From: Octopus vulgaris
Taxonomy: Eukaryota
Direction: 5' to 3'
Assembly (NCBI GenBank): GCA_951406725.2
Contig: OX597821.1
Coordinates: 56,110,001-56,174,000, forward strand
Length of the DNA stretch: 64,000 nucleotides
Both the position numbers and the translations under genes were made by a program. The notes below the pieces were generated by a model. It saw nothing but the letters and a program-made list of their open reading frames with translations. It was not told where the DNA came from and did no database searches. This document shows, one piece after another, positions 12,983 to 27,240 of the stretch (its first letter is position 1; each line of letters opens with the position of its first letter).

Positions 12983-14233
12983 TGTGTGTATGTTTGTATT
13001 TATTTGCAGTGTAGCGCGTGGATTCAGAGAATCATGTGACTATCAGAGAAAGCCCTTCTAGTGGCAATCATACTACATAGTAATTTTATAACGAAGAGTA
13101 TAATGGAGTTCAATGCAGCTGTAATCCCGGAGATATAATCGATGAAATTATTTCTCGAGGCTTACCTAAACAATAAAAAGTCAGGAGGTATGAGGAGTGA
13201 ATGTATTTATTTAACTTTTTGTTATCCCTAGATTTACGGTCGTTTCACAGACGGCATCATGCTATTATAATTTCAATGTGTAATAAATCATTTTACATGT
13301 CTGCACAACACCCGTACATAGGTACGTATATTCTATATCGATATATATTAACGTAAGATATAAACGTCGACTTGAAAGAAATGCAGTTATAAATTATATA
13401 TTTTGGAACAGCCCAGGATACTCCTTCAGCATCACTCCCAGAAACATAATGAGTCAGCTATTATCCTCTTAGTAACCTATAACCAACAATACTTTGTTTA
13501 GAATTTACAATAAAATATACAAATAAATAACCTCCTGGTCACCGACAAGATTTTTCTAAAACGTTTGTGCATACGTCTACACGAATGTCGTTGTACTTTC
13601 AGAAGAAAAAAAAATCATCGATTAAAATGCGCAAGAAAAAGAAAATAGTGAAACAGGTGATACTGGAGAAATATTTTCAGGAAACAATATAAAAACTACA
13701 TTAATGTGCAGATAAAAGATAAAAGCAATTATATTTCAGAAACTATAAATTCTTCAAACAGTTTTGTGTTTAAAGAGGTGACAATAGCTGGCAAGAGTAA
13801 CAGATATTTAAATATTCCTCTACAGAATATAATTATATTTTACTTAAAAGAAATTCAAAAATAAAATTGCCTGAAGTAATTCTCGTTTTATTAATTTCAC
13901 TTTGTGTGAAAATATTTTCTTAAATCTGTTTTTGTTTTTTATTCGCGTCTATCAATGTTCATAAAACGTGAAAAGGAGTTTTAATTCGGCATATGGTCGT
14001 TTTAGTAATGCTGCTGAAGTTGGGGGCATAGAATAAATGGTAATTATGATAATAAAGATAAGATGTCCTAGTAAATGTAGTTTGATGATAGTAATATTGT
14101 TTTCTGGTTGTATTGTACATATATTTCTTGTAGACCTGATGATGATTTTGAATATATGATTGCATGATTTTCAAAACAAATATAGAAATACAAACACACA
14201 TTTATGCGCATACTGACATACATACATGCATAA

Positions 14234-14284
<51 letters not shown>

Positions 14285-14289
14285 CATAC

Positions 14290-14341
<52 letters not shown>

Positions 14342-14394
14342 ATATATGTATGTATATATATGTATATATATATATATATATATATACATATATA

Positions 14395-15853
14395 TCACTT
14401 TGATCACCTTGAGCGACCAGTCCATCGGGCGTCCATTGTACATCACTGATCACAGCACACTGTCCACTTCTCTCTAGATCACGCCTTCCTCGTCCAATCA
14501 ACCTCCTAAAATCGTAACTCCACCGTCGTGGAGGCCTTCCGAGTGGTCGTTTCCGCTTGCGCGGTTTCACCGATTATCGGTGAGCCAGGTGATGTGTCCA
14601 ACCCATCTAAACTTGCTGCGTGTATATTCTACGATGACATCCCTCACGCCGGACGTCTGTCTGATGACCTCGCTACTGATGTGCTCTCTCAACGAGATTC
14701 CAAGCATTGACCTCTCTATGGCTCTTTGAGTCATTACCAATCTCTGCTCTTCTCTATTTGTAGTGGCCCATGTTTCACTACCATATATCATTGCAGGTAG
14801 AACTGTACTCTTGATGAGGTTGGCGTGGGTGGTCCTGTCTAACCTTCCCTTGAGCACATCCCTTACACCATTAAACGCCTTACATCTGGCCCTTTCTCTC
14901 CGCGATATCTTCTTTTCGATGTCTCGGCACATATTCACTTCCTGTCCCAGGTCGACATATTCCTTTACCTCCTCTACTCTATCACTGCCAACCACCATTC
15001 GACCTATCGGTACGTTGTCGGACCGCATGAACTTCGTATTCTTGCGGTTCATGTTGGGACCTACTGCAGAGATTTTGATGTCGAGCTCCGTCAGCATGGT
15101 CTGAAGCTGATCTGTGGTTTCAGCGATGATTACGATGACATCAGTGAAACGTGGGTGGGTGAGTAGCTCGCCATTGATGTTGACACCGCCTTGCCAGTCG
15201 ATGACTCTAATGATCTGCTCGAGACATGCGGTGAAAAGTTTTGGAGAGATCACTTCTCCTTGCTTCACTCCCTTCTCGACCGGTACTCGTACAGGTGATG
15301 ACAGCAGAGCTATGTCGGTGGTGCATCCGGAATTTGCCTCCCCGAGCAGTTGCACATATTGCGCCTCGACTCCTAGCTTCTGCAGCGAGTTCAGCACTGC
15401 GTTGGTTTCGACGCTGTCGAAGGCCTTCTCATAGCCTACAAGCGCAACGCAAACAAGCAGCTTGTACTCATTCGCTCGCTCAAGCAGATGTGTTAGAGTA
15501 AATATATGGTCCATCGTGCTGTAGTTGTTCCGGAAGCCGGTTTGCTCCCTCGGCCTGATTTTAACAACTCCGATGTTATACCGTCTTTCCCTGGCGCCTT
15601 CCTGTTTTTCATCAAGCCGATGGCTCTTTCGACCTCACTGACAAGAATAGGTGGCACATTTTCGTCCCGCTGGAGTGGTGGTAACGGCTGGACATTCCTG
15701 GTAGAATTGAAGAGCTTGGTGTAGAAGTCTTCGCAAACTTTTTCCATCTCGCTCTTATCATTGACCGGTATTCCATCTGTATTCTTCAGGGCCGTCCCCT
15801 CCGATCTATATAGTGCCATGTCCCTCTTGCATTTCTTGAGGCTCTTCTTCTCC
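14395..15853 (-). mobile_element. RTE-clade LINE, 5' truncated, (TA)n-flanked
   Basis: [72 protein letters not shown]. Confidence 0.92.
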
Positions 15854-15944
<91 letters not shown>

Positions 15945-16069
15945 GTTTAAATATAGCGGCGTAAGTACACTTTTGCTCATACCACACACACACACACACA
16001 CACATATAGAAAGGATAGAAGCGGAAAAGGAATATATCGGTATACTACCAGGGACATAACGAAGTCGTA

Positions 16070-16696
16070 AATTTAAAATTTTAACTTTTTCACCGTATTA
16101 CGCCCCATATTACAACCAAGCGCTCGTTGCCAGCGGATTCTCTCAACAAACAAAATACACCCCTTATACTTATTTCGTCAACATAAATATTACTCCATCT
16201 TTAATAGATCTATCTTTAAGTTATCCTACTCTTCCCCACCCAACTTTAAGTCTATCATAGCAGCCTCTAATAAACGAAAATTTTCTATATTTTCAAAACT
16301 TACTCTATTACAACTCTGAATACACAAGAACTCCAATATCGAAACCCATATTTTAGACCACAACGGAAACCTACCAATCCCGCTAACACTAACCAGAATA
16401 CTACAACCAAAACTTCCACCACTACTACAGAAAGGATAAATAACAGCAACGATAGAAATCGTAATAATAATAGTAATAATAATGTTAGTAACATAGACCA
16501 ATCTACTCCTGTCTTTAACCTCTGCTCTGACAGTATTACAACCTAAATAACCACGTAGCATTATCCTGAACACCTCTTAGATAATCTCCAACAACCCAAT
16601 TAGTCTTTAATTTTTTAACTCCAATTTTGTTTTAATTGTTTACTACTACATATACGGACATGCATATGAGTACGTATGCGGATGTATGTGCGTATG

Positions 16697-16759
<63 letters not shown>

Positions 16760-17990
16760 TTGTATGTGTTTGTGCGTGTATTGGTGTGTACGTGTGCATG
16801 TTTGCGTGTATACATGCGCACGTGTATGCGTATATGCATATATTTATGTGTATGCGGCGTGTGTATGCATATATATGTGTGTGTATGCATATGTATGTGT
16901 GTATATATGTATGTGTGTGTGTGTGTGTATGCTTGCATGCGTATGTATGTATATGTATATATGTATGAATATGTATATTTGTGTATATGTATATGTGTGT
17001 ATATGTGTATATATATGCATGCATGCGTACGAGTTTAAACACACATTTATGCAGGCCTATATAATAGTGCATGCACACACATATATATGTACATATGTGC
17101 GCGCGGACATATCGATATACACCTCTTTCTTTCCTTCTCTCTGGTTCCTCAACCCACACTCTCACATTAGCCAGGTGAATAAACACATAAGTCTATTTAT
17201 AGAAACTTGACCATTCTTAGTATTCTGTCGTTATGAGGTTTACTGCTCACTTTAGAAACACCCCCTCCTATACCTTTATCCGTACCCATCCCTTAGTGCC
17301 ATTCTATCATGTCACCCTACCTCACACATATTCATTACTTACATTCTTATATCTTCCTACGCCTCCCCTACTCCCCCACCTTCATAATATCTTGACCAGC
17401 AACACTCCTTTTTTCACTTTCACTCTTTCTTTCATTTCCTCTTCTCACTTTCTCATCCTCTTTCTTTCCTTCTTTTCTCACCTTTTCCTTTTACCTCTCC
17501 ATTTTAACATGCAACATCTCTTCTCCCCTCTCTATCCATTTAGTATTACCGCTACATTCTCCAATTTCCATTCAAACCACAAGACCATTTTGAATGAATA
17601 GCACATGGAATCTACGTCCCCACACTTTTTATTTGTAATGACAAAATATGTACTCCTATTGGAATTTACATACCATGGAAAAGAAGCATTTCTACCACCT
17701 CTACACACCACTTTCCTTGGATAATGGAACTACAGATATAACATCTTTATGTATTTTTATATTTGTTTCTATTTCTACATTCATTCTCCTATCTCCCTAT
17801 ATACTCCTTATATCTTTCCTTTTCGAAAATAACGCCTCATGTTGAACTCTAATATTTCCCTCTATTTATCCATCTCACATCTCTGATGAAGGGATATCCT
17901 TAATATCCCAGAAACAGGTGTAATACTATCTTTCTCGTTATAAATTTCCTGAAAACTCCAAACAGCCTTGGCTTTGTTGCCTCATTTTAT
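16070..17990 (+). mobile_element. Penelope-like remnant (thumb/linker) with pyrimidine-rich 3' region, interrupted by (TG/TA)n
   Basis: YAPYYNQALVASGF near 16090-16140 resembles the PLE thumb motif; hammerhead motif at 17877-17925. Confidence 0.5.
17877..17925 (+). ncRNA. Minimal hammerhead ribozyme motif (PLE terminal-repeat type)
   Basis: CTGATGA-a-GGGATAT(cctta)ATATCCC-a-GAAA-CAGGTG-TA; stem III is one change from the palindrome CAGCTG; stem I weak. Confidence 0.6.
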
Positions 17991-18006
17991 TTAACATATA
18001 CATACA

Positions 18007-18395
18007 TGGAAGCACTCCGTCGGTTACGACGATGAGGGTTCCGGTTGATCCGAATCAACGGAACAGCCTGCTCGTGAAATTAACGTGTAAGTGGCTGAGC
18101 ACTCCACAGACACGTGCACCCTTAACGTAGTTCTCAGGGATATTCAGCGTGACACAGAGAGTGATAAGGCCGGCCCCTTGAAATACAGGTACAACAGAAA
18201 CAGGAAGTAAGAGTGGAGTGAGAGAAAGTTGAGGTGAAAGAGTACAACAGGGGTCGCCACCACCCCCTGCCGGAGCCTCGTCGAGCTTTTAGGTGTTTTC
18301 GCCCAATAAATACACACAACGCCCGGTCTGGGAATCGAAACCGCGATCCTCCGGCCGCGAGTCCGCTGCCCTAACCACTGGGCCATTGCGCCTCC
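18007..18395 (-). mobile_element. tRNA-derived SINE, full length
   Basis: Minus-strand head ggaggcgcaatggcccagtggttagggc (A box) ... ggtttcgattccc (B box); same head at 59810-60113. Confidence 0.85.
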
Positions 18396-18544
18396 ACATA
18401 CATACATACATACATACATACATACATACATACATACATACAGGCATACATATATTACACCGAACAGTAATGTTAGGTGTAATCATCAATTAAGGATGTA
18501 ATTTTCTCCATTCATGTTCATGGTACATACGTATATACATACCC

Positions 18545-18596
<52 letters not shown>

Positions 18597-18669
18597 GTGT
18601 GTGTGTGTGTGTAGACAAGCAAAATCTATTCATTTTATTACGTTTCGAAATATATTGTGTGATACAAAT

Positions 18670-19165
18670 AAGTAGTTGCCGTTAGAATAGCAGAAATACT
18701 GAATAAATTAGTTTTACAAGGCGGAAAAATTTGCCAACAACCAGCCATGGGATTTGAACATATATCTCTCAAAGACTCTGGAGCTTTATTATTAAGCAAA
18801 TTCACCACTAAATACTTTAGGCTTATGGAACGACCATGTGTGTATAAATGTAAACAAACAAATATTTGTTCTTTTTATAGAAGTATCAATACAAATAAGA
18901 TGATGCATTTTCGAACGCAGAGTTGCCGTTAGAGCAGCAAAAATACTGGGTGGATTATTCTCACAGGGCGGAAAAATTTGTCAAGTATTTGGAGTCTAAA
19001 TTCAGCGGTAAATTGGTCAGCGGGCAGTTTAGGTTAACAGTAAAGCACTCAGCCAGAGTCTTGGCGGGATATGGGCTCGAGTTCTGTGGCTGGTTGTTGA
19101 CAAATTTGTCCGCCTTCTTAGGGCAATATATTCAGTATTTCTGCTGTTCTAACGGCAAATCTCTC
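18670..19165. repeat. Direct and inverted about 60-100-bp repeats (DNA-transposon/MITE-like)
   Basis: gttgccgttagaatagcagaaatactg at 18674, a variant at 18921, and the reverse complement at about 19075-19158. Confidence 0.55.
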
Positions 19166-19927
19166 TCTTTCACTACTGGATTAACCGATAAGGAAAATAT
19201 ACACATGCTTAGGGCATCAAAGGAAAGGGAACACCCTAAAAAGGGTAAATGGTTCACGGCACAAAATTTACTTTAAATTTGCTAAAATAATACTCAGGAT
19301 CCCTTATCTTTATTATGTATAGAAGCAGGCGTGTTACGTAGGACCAATTTTGGGGATCTGATCATAGACATTGCAATTAGAAAGAGTAGCAGAAAACATT
19401 CAAATATAAAGTGCATATACGCAAATAAATAAACATATTTCCTTCTTACGGTTAGTTTTGTTTCATTTGAAGTACATGAGTACCAAAATCTTCTAAGTGT
19501 TTAATGCCTCTATGGATCCGGTCCTGCTGTGTGTGTTTATGTGTGTGTGTGTTTGGTGTAACAGCAAGCATATGAAATCATATGTGCATGTGTTTATGCT
19601 TACTTGTGCGAAAATTAATGTATATTTAATTTTTTGTTTTATATAAAAGGTGTACAATATTTCTAGACTACAATGAAAGCGAAACAAAGTGCTTTCTTTG
19701 CAATTTATAATCAGCCACAGTTGGATAAGTAAAAAGGTTATATATGAACACCCACATATTTAGACAAGCACACACACACACACATACACACACACACATA
19801 TATATGCACATTCACGTACATAAATGCATAAAAACGTACGTACATTCACATATAAATACATGCATTTATGTATATATAAATATGTATATAATTATATATA
19901 CAGCTCGTGAGCTGAAACTAGATTAAA

Positions 19928-19976
<49 letters not shown>

Positions 19977-21007
19977 GTATGTATATGTATGTATGTATGT
20001 ATGTATGTATATATATAAATATATATATATATGTATGCATACATGCACATACTCATATATATGGGCTATATACGTATGTATATATGTCTGTGTGTCTTAG
20101 CCTATATGTTGGTATGCTCGTATTTATGGAAGTGTATATGCATGAGAGTGACCGACTGAGTAATGTAACATCTTGGAATATACTAAAATATACACTGCAT
20201 TTTCTTAGCTTTAGATTTTACTTTTCAATTTTATGTTCTTGATCATTTTTTGAATTAGCTATTTATAAAAATTTTAGTTTGATATATTTTATTTTTCCGT
20301 TAAAATGTATTATTTATATAACCATCAATATTTTATGAATATTTGCAAATATTTTTTTGTTGTGATGTGCTCAATAAAATATAGGAAAATCACTGAAGAA
20401 AAAATATATAAAATCTTATGAAAGCTTGTATGTTGTAATTATTTCAATGTTTCATTTTTTATTGAATATTTTACTTTAATTTTCGATATTCCCAGCATCG
20501 TAGTAGAAACAGAACGAGAACGTTTGTTTATTAAAGTCAGCTTAGTATCTGCTTCTAAGAAGGGTGGTTTTCGTTGAACATCCTTCTGGATGAAAAAACT
20601 AACACTGTCAAAGGACGGATAAATTCAGCAGATTCAACGGCCATCCAGCAACTGGGAGTGAGAAACTCCGAGTCTGTTTAGGCATCTTTCTAGTAGAAGG
20701 AAATTGCATAATGATACGCGCGGCATTGTGAAACCAGAGAACTTGCCCTTGCTTGTATCTCTGGTACATGGTTCTGAAGTTGAGAATCTTTAGCATCGTT
20801 GTGCAACCTGTTATTTAAAATTTTAGCAAATGAAGTGCTGACATCCTGGATGAGATAATTTATAAGTGATGGTCATACTCGTCTATGGGTAGACAACTAC
20901 GATGTGTGTATGTATGTATGTATGAATGTGTGTGTAGTATCTATATATGTCTGTGTGTTTTGTGTGCGTGTGTGCGTGTGTGTGTGTGTGTGTATGTGTG
21001 TGTGTGA

Positions 21008-21322
21008 AGGCGGGTGGCTTAGTATTTAGGGCATTCGGCTCTATGATCGTAAGGTCGCGAGTTCAATTCCCGGCAACGCGTTGTGTTCTTCAGCAAGACA
21101 CTTTATTTCCCGTTGCTCCAGTCCACTCAGCTGGCAAAAATGAATAGTACCTATATTTCAAAGGAACAGCCTTGTCACCCTCTGTCTCACGCTGGATCTC
21201 CCTCAGAACTATGTTAAGAGTACATGTGTCTGTGGAATGCTCAGTTACTTGCACGCTAATATCACGAGCAAGCTGTCCCATTGATCTTATCAGCTGGCAC
21301 CCTCGTCGTCGTAATCGACGGG
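21008..21322 (+). mobile_element. tRNA-derived SINE
   Basis: A box tggcttagtatttagg, B box gagttcaattccc; tail homologous to the reverse complement of 18007-18190. Confidence 0.75.
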
Positions 21323-21459
21323 TACGTGTCTATGTTTTCGTTTCTCTTTGTGTTCGACGTCCCTTTGGTGTACTGTACTCATATATGCGTGTATATGTAC
21401 ATGTAGAGGTAGGTACGTACATATATGTTTATATATATGCATATGTTTTATTTCATTTA

Positions 21460-21507
<48 letters not shown>

Positions 21508-22235
21508 CGGAGGAATGTATGTTCATCCATTAATTGGAATTTTTTTCTAAGATTTCTAATGCCTTTTCTTCATACTTTAATTTCGAATTTTATTATATAA
21601 ATTCGTAGAGGTATGAAAACTTGTATAGCTCAACAAATTCATTCATATTTATGTAATGGAGGATATTATAGTTTTTATTTTTCATTTTACTATACTAATG
21701 GACTCATATTTTTCATGTTTCATACTAATGGACTCAGATATTCATAAATACATAACGGTAATAGTAGCTGATAGCAAAATTTTAAAACACGTTAAAGGTT
21801 CATAAATTTCTTTTTAGGTACCATTTTGGGATTTGTATATTCGTACTTTCAGTCGCGTTCATTCGAATCTAGACTAAAAATATATAGTAAGTGAGTGCTA
21901 ATATATGCAATATTAAAAAAACTTGACATTCTGTCTAGGAAAACCAATATGTATCTATTTTAACTTCCTTAAATAAATTTTTACACTGGCCAAGCTGTAT
22001 TTGTATATATATACATGTGTGTGTGTGTGTCTGTCTGTCTGTTTGCCTGTGTCTGTGTTTGTCACGCAGCACCGCTTGACAGCCAGTGCCGGTTTGTTTA
22101 CGTCCCCATAACGAAGAGGTTCGGTAAAAGAGACTGATAGATTAAGTACCAGTAGCGTACTGGGGTCGATCTAATCGACAGGCCCCCTCCCCTAAAAATC
22201 TCGGCCCTTATGCTTAGAGTGGAAAAGAATATTTA

Positions 22236-22470
22236 AGACGGCGAGCTGGCAGAAACGTTAGCACGCCGGACGAAATGTTTAGTGGTATTTCATCTGCCGC
22301 TACGTTCTGAGTTCAAATTCCGCCGAGGTAGACTTTGCCTTTCATCCTTTCGAGGTCGATTAAATAAGTACCAATTACACACTGAGGTCGATATAATCGA
22401 CTTAATCCGTTTGTCTGTCCTTCTTTGTTCCCTCTGTGTGTAGCCCCTTGTGGGCAGCAAAGAAATAAGT
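22236..22470 (+). mobile_element. tRNA-derived SINE, second family (related copies near 10671+, 23706-, 25270-, 40165+, 42065+)
   Basis: ggcgagctggcagaaacgttagcacgccgg...gagttcaaattccgccgagg...ctttgcctttcatcctttcg... Confidence 0.8.
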
Positions 22471-22544
22471 ATTCCGTTTGTCTTTTCGTTGTACGTTAAA
22501 AGTCCGCCGAGATTGACTTAATTTTGTATTTATTGTTTCAAAGA

Positions 22545-22623
22545 TTTTCTCCTGAGGACTTATCATCCAATAAAGTAATTAAAAATCAGATTTCTTGAAG
22601 AAACAGAGTAGTCTGTCGGGAGA
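22545..22623 (+). ncRNA. Hammerhead-like motif with degenerate stem II
   Basis: ttttctc-CTGAGGA-...-GAAA-CAGAgtagTCTG-TC-gggaga. Confidence 0.5.
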
Positions 22624-22700
22624 TATAAAACGCAATTTTTAAGTGTTTAATGACAAGTTGGAACGATTAAGACGGTTATGAAGTACGTGCACACATACAA

Positions 22701-22790
<90 letters not shown>

Positions 22791-22824
22791 ACATACATAC
22801 ATACATACATACATACATACACAC

Positions 22825-22829
<5 letters not shown>

Positions 22830-22863
<34 letters not shown>

Positions 22864-23175
22864 TATATGTATACACACATATGTATACATACATGCGTAT
22901 ATATTTCACTTTGACTCTAACTCACTTTCTCTTTCTATCCCCTCTTTGGCTGCTTATCTTCCTCTCTCTCTCTCGCTCTATCTCTCTCTCTCTCTATGTA
23001 TATATATATATACATACATACATACATACATACATACATACATACATACATACATACATGTATATATATATATATATTCATATATGTATACACACATACG
23101 TATACATACATGCGTATATATTTCTCTTTGACTCTAACTCACCTTCTCTTTCTATCTCCTCTTTGGCTGCTTATC

Positions 23176-23214
<39 letters not shown>

Positions 23215-25913
23215 CTCTGTATATATATATATATAGCTGATAGATGAGAATCAGATATTCTCCGTATAGAATACACCTAGTAGTGCTCGAGTGGTTTAAA
23301 CTTGAGCGAGTAAATGTAAGGATAAGCAAGTTAGTCCAGTTGATACACAAAGAATATTTAATACATCAAATCCAAAAAAAAAATGTATATATGTTTAGAT
23401 ACATACAGGTCCGACTTACACAGAATAGAAATGATCGCAGAAATTAAGGGGGCTGAAGAAACGTGTTACAAATCCAACAGCTGTTTCTGGTGGCTCGGTA
23501 GTCCCAGAATAGTGATTGTAAATGGATTCCATCGTCGTATAAGACGAGCCTCTGCCTTCAACGAAGAAATCTTACATTTGAGGTGTTGACAGTAACGAGA
23601 TTAAAGATGGAATGATTTTGTGGGAGGTGTTCAGATAGAGAATAGTGAGGGGAGAAAATAAATTTCAAGGGATAGAAGTGAATAAGGAGTTTAGTATGGA
23701 GTTATATATTTCTTTATTGCCCACAAGGGGCTAAACATAGAGAGGACAAACAAGGACAGACAAAGGGATTAAGTCGATTAAATCGACCCCAGTGCGAAAC
23801 TGGTACTTTTATTTATCGACCCCGAAATGATGAAAGGCAAAGTAGACCTCGGCGGAATTTGAACTCAGAACGTAACGACAGACGAAATACCGCTAAGCAT
23901 TCCGCCCGGCGCGCTAAAGTGTCTGCCAGCTTGCCGCCTTCGCTAACGTGTCTGCAAGCTCGTCATAGCAATAAATACACTAAATAAGAGAAAGAGGGGA
24001 GGGTGGTTTAGGTACTATGTGAATGGTAACCTTTGCGTTAGTTTGTATGAAGGCTATAGAATTAATGGCTGTGATAGTGTCAAAAGGAATGGTCATTATT
24101 TGGAGGAAATAAGTTGACTGGTTCAGTGGTTGAGGGAAACCACTAAAGTATGTAGGAAGGTATAAGAGAAGATAAAAGAGGTGGACAGAATGGGGGTGAG
24201 TTGGTGGTCAATATAGCAGTTGCTAGTGGGACAAAGGAATTGGGCTGCCATTGTAAGCAGAGGTGAATGAAATTGAAAATGTGAATAGGAAGGGTGTAGA
24301 GGTTGACAGGTAGAATCTAAATGAGTGGGGTAGTATTAGTACTTTAGGTACTACAAGATTATTCATCTTTCTATTTCACATAATATATATATATATATAT
24401 ATATTCATATATGTATACACACATATGTATACATACATGCGTATATATTTCACTTTGACTCTAACTCACTTTCTCTTTCTATCCCCTCTTTGGCTGCTTA
24501 TCTTCCTCTCTCTTTCTCGCTCTTTCTCTCTCTCTCTCTCGCTCTTTCTCTCTCTCTCTCTATGTATATATATATATATATATATACATACATACATACA
24601 TACATACATACATACATACATACATACATACATACATACATACATGTATATATATATATATTCATATATGTATACACACATACGTATACATACATGCGTA
24701 TATATTTCTCTTTGACTCTAACTCACCTTCTCTTTCTATCTCCTCTTTGGCTGCTTATCTTCCTCTCTCTCTCTCTCTCGCTCTCTGTATATATATATAG
24801 CTGATAGATGAGAATCAGATATTCTCCGTATAGAATACACCTAGTAGTGCTCGAGTGGTTTAAACTTGAGCGAGTAAATGTAAGGATAAGCAAGTTAGTC
24901 CAGTTGATACACAAAGAATATTTAATACATCAAATCCCCCCAAAAATGTATATATGTTTAGATACATACAGGTCCGACTTACACAGAATAGAAATGATCG
25001 CAGAAATTAAGGGGGCTGAAGAAACGTGTTACAAATCCAACAGCTGTTTCTGGTGGCTCGGTAGTCCCAGAATAGTGATTGTAAATGGATTCCATCGTCG
25101 TATAAGACGAGCCTCTGCCTTCAACGAAGAAATCTTACATTTGAGGTGTTGACAGTAACGAGATTAAAGATGGAATGATTTTGTGGGAGGTGTTCAGATA
25201 GAGAATAGTGAGGGGAGAAAATAAATTTCAAGGGATAGAAGTGAATAAGGAGTTTAGTATGGAGTTATATATTTCTTTATTGCCCACAAGGGGCTAAACA
25301 TAGAGAGGACAAACAAGGACAGACAAAGGGATTAAGTCGATTAAATCGACCCCAGTGCGAAACTGGTACTTTTATTTATCGACCCCGAAATGATGAAAGG
25401 CAAAGTAGACCTCGGCGGAATTTGAACTCAGAACGTAACGACAGACGAAATACCGCTAAGCATTCCGCCCGGCACGCTAAAGTGTCTGCCAGCTTGCCGC
25501 CTTCGCTAACGTGTCTGCAAGCTCGTCATAGCAATAAATACACTAAATAGGAGAAAGAGGGGAGGGTGGTTTAGGTACTATGTGAATGGTAACCTTTGCG
25601 TTAGTTTGTATGAAGGCTATAGAATTAATGGCTGTGATAGTGTCAAAACGAATGGTCATTATTTGGAGGAAATAAGTTGACTGGTTCAGTGGTTGAGGGA
25701 AACCACTAAAGTATGTAGGAAGGTATAAGAGAAGATAAAAGAGGTGGACAGAATGGGGGTGAGTTGGTGGTCAATATAGCAGTTGCTAGTGGGACAAAGG
25801 AATTGGGCTGCCATTGTAAGCAGAGGTGAATGAAATTGAAAATGTGAATAGGAAGGATGTAGAGGTTGACAGGTAGAATCTAAATGAGTGGGGTAGTATT
25901 AGTACTTTAGGTA
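22830..25913. repeat. Tandem duplication, period about 1564 bp (about 22830-24350 and about 24385-25913)
   Basis: Matching ORF starts at 23244 and 24808; only a few substitutions plus microsatellite length differences. Confidence 0.95.
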
Positions 25914-26119
25914 GGGAATAGAACTAAGAGGGTAGTTAAGTGGTGTGGATGGTGTGGAGACTATGAGGGAAGTGGGAAACAATGGTTTCGAAGGATTAAG
26001 AAAGGTATTATGAGAAAGAATAATAGGGAGTAGTATTTGTTAACCTTCTGGTTGCTAGGCTGATATTGTCTTAGTTCAAGGTGAATTTTGAGTATGGATA
26101 TGTATACTTATGTGATTAT

Positions 26120-26700
26120 ATAGATTTAACAAAGTACGCAAAAGACGAGTAGTGCCTGTGCTTGAAAGAGAAAATTACATCCGAGAAGGGTTGTGAAAGC
26201 GAAGAATGGTTAGCGATTCTTTTAAACATAAGTTACACATACCGATGTTTGCATTGTATGGAGGAGCCTCAATGGACCAAGATAGAATATAAGGAATATT
26301 TTGAGATTAAAATTTGTGTATATGAGTTGTTAAGGAGGTTGATAATCTAGAATTAAGATTGGAGAAAGACTTTGTGTGTGCACGGTAGCGGCGCTTCAAA
26401 TCAACTGTGCCGACGATATACACCCTTACTTGGTGAGAACGTGGTGTTATAACACGGCACTTGTAGACTTTTTTACGTAAACGGAAACCTCCAAGAGGAC
26501 ATTGTTGGGAAACCCGACAGTTGCAACTTTTCTTACCTGCTCGGCGGTTAGAGTTTTCTGAAGGGGCGGTTGAGCCTCGTTGGTCCATTAATAGCGAGGG
26601 ACAACCATATAGTGCAATCTGTATGAGCATTGGATTGGAAAGTGGTATTGCAACTAGTATACGTTGTCGCATGAGTAGAATTGGAAAGAGATGGCTTTAG
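26120..26700 (-). mobile_element. Penelope-like GIY-YIG endonuclease remnant; long 3' region probably extends toward 24800
   Basis: SCNCRVSQQCPLGG..VYKCRV..VYIVGTVDLKRRYRAHTKSF..STSLTTHI, then WSI..PYNANIGMCNLCLKE. Confidence 0.85.
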
Positions 26701-26739
26701 TCTGGTATTATTTAGTTGAGACGCGTTACAATGGATTGT

Positions 26740-27240
26740 ATTATTGGTAATAGGACCTCCAGGTCTGTGACAGCTAGTGATTTAAGGAATATTGGCCGCA
26801 AGTTACATGGGAAACCTGGACAAAAGCGCAAAGCCATTTCCCCGCCTCCGGATTTACTCATGTACCGAAAACCACCAGAAATCACATCCTCTGAACCATA
26901 GCTTCCGTGCGAGAACACTTGAAACTGCCTCTTCAGAAGAGTTTGAGAATTCTATGGGCTCCAAAGTACTTGACATTAGACATGAGTTCTGTTCACTTTC
27001 GAATGAGGGTGACTCGTGACGAACCTGACGGTTGGGCAAATGGTTGGATCTGTTTTGGAGTTGAGCGTCACCAGCGTTTAGGATGTCAACAACAGGGTGG
27101 GGGAGTCATGTTGTTGGCTGGTATCATTGGGAACGAATTTGTTGGTTCAATCAGGGTGCCTGAAAAGGTTAAAGTGCCTGCAGCCGTCTAATACAATCTC
27201 CAACGAAATGCACGATTAACTTTTTTCACCCACTAAAACA
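26740..27240 (+). mobile_element. Tc1/mariner transposase fragment
   Basis: RSVTASDLRNIGR.., WAPKYLTLD.., DEPDGWANGW..QQQGGGVMLLAGII..VGSIRVPEKVK (Tc1 DGPDGW/GGGVMxW motifs). Confidence 0.8.

Noticed and set aside
18330-18395. tRNA-like sequences (also near 21008 and 60050)
   Set aside because: They are SINE heads continuous with SINE bodies, with no full cloverleaf.
25030-25110. Minus-strand GAAA-CAGCTG-TT half motif (also 23470-23545); similar half motifs near 9910, 13230 and 20663
   Set aside because: No intact CUGAnGA core or stem I.
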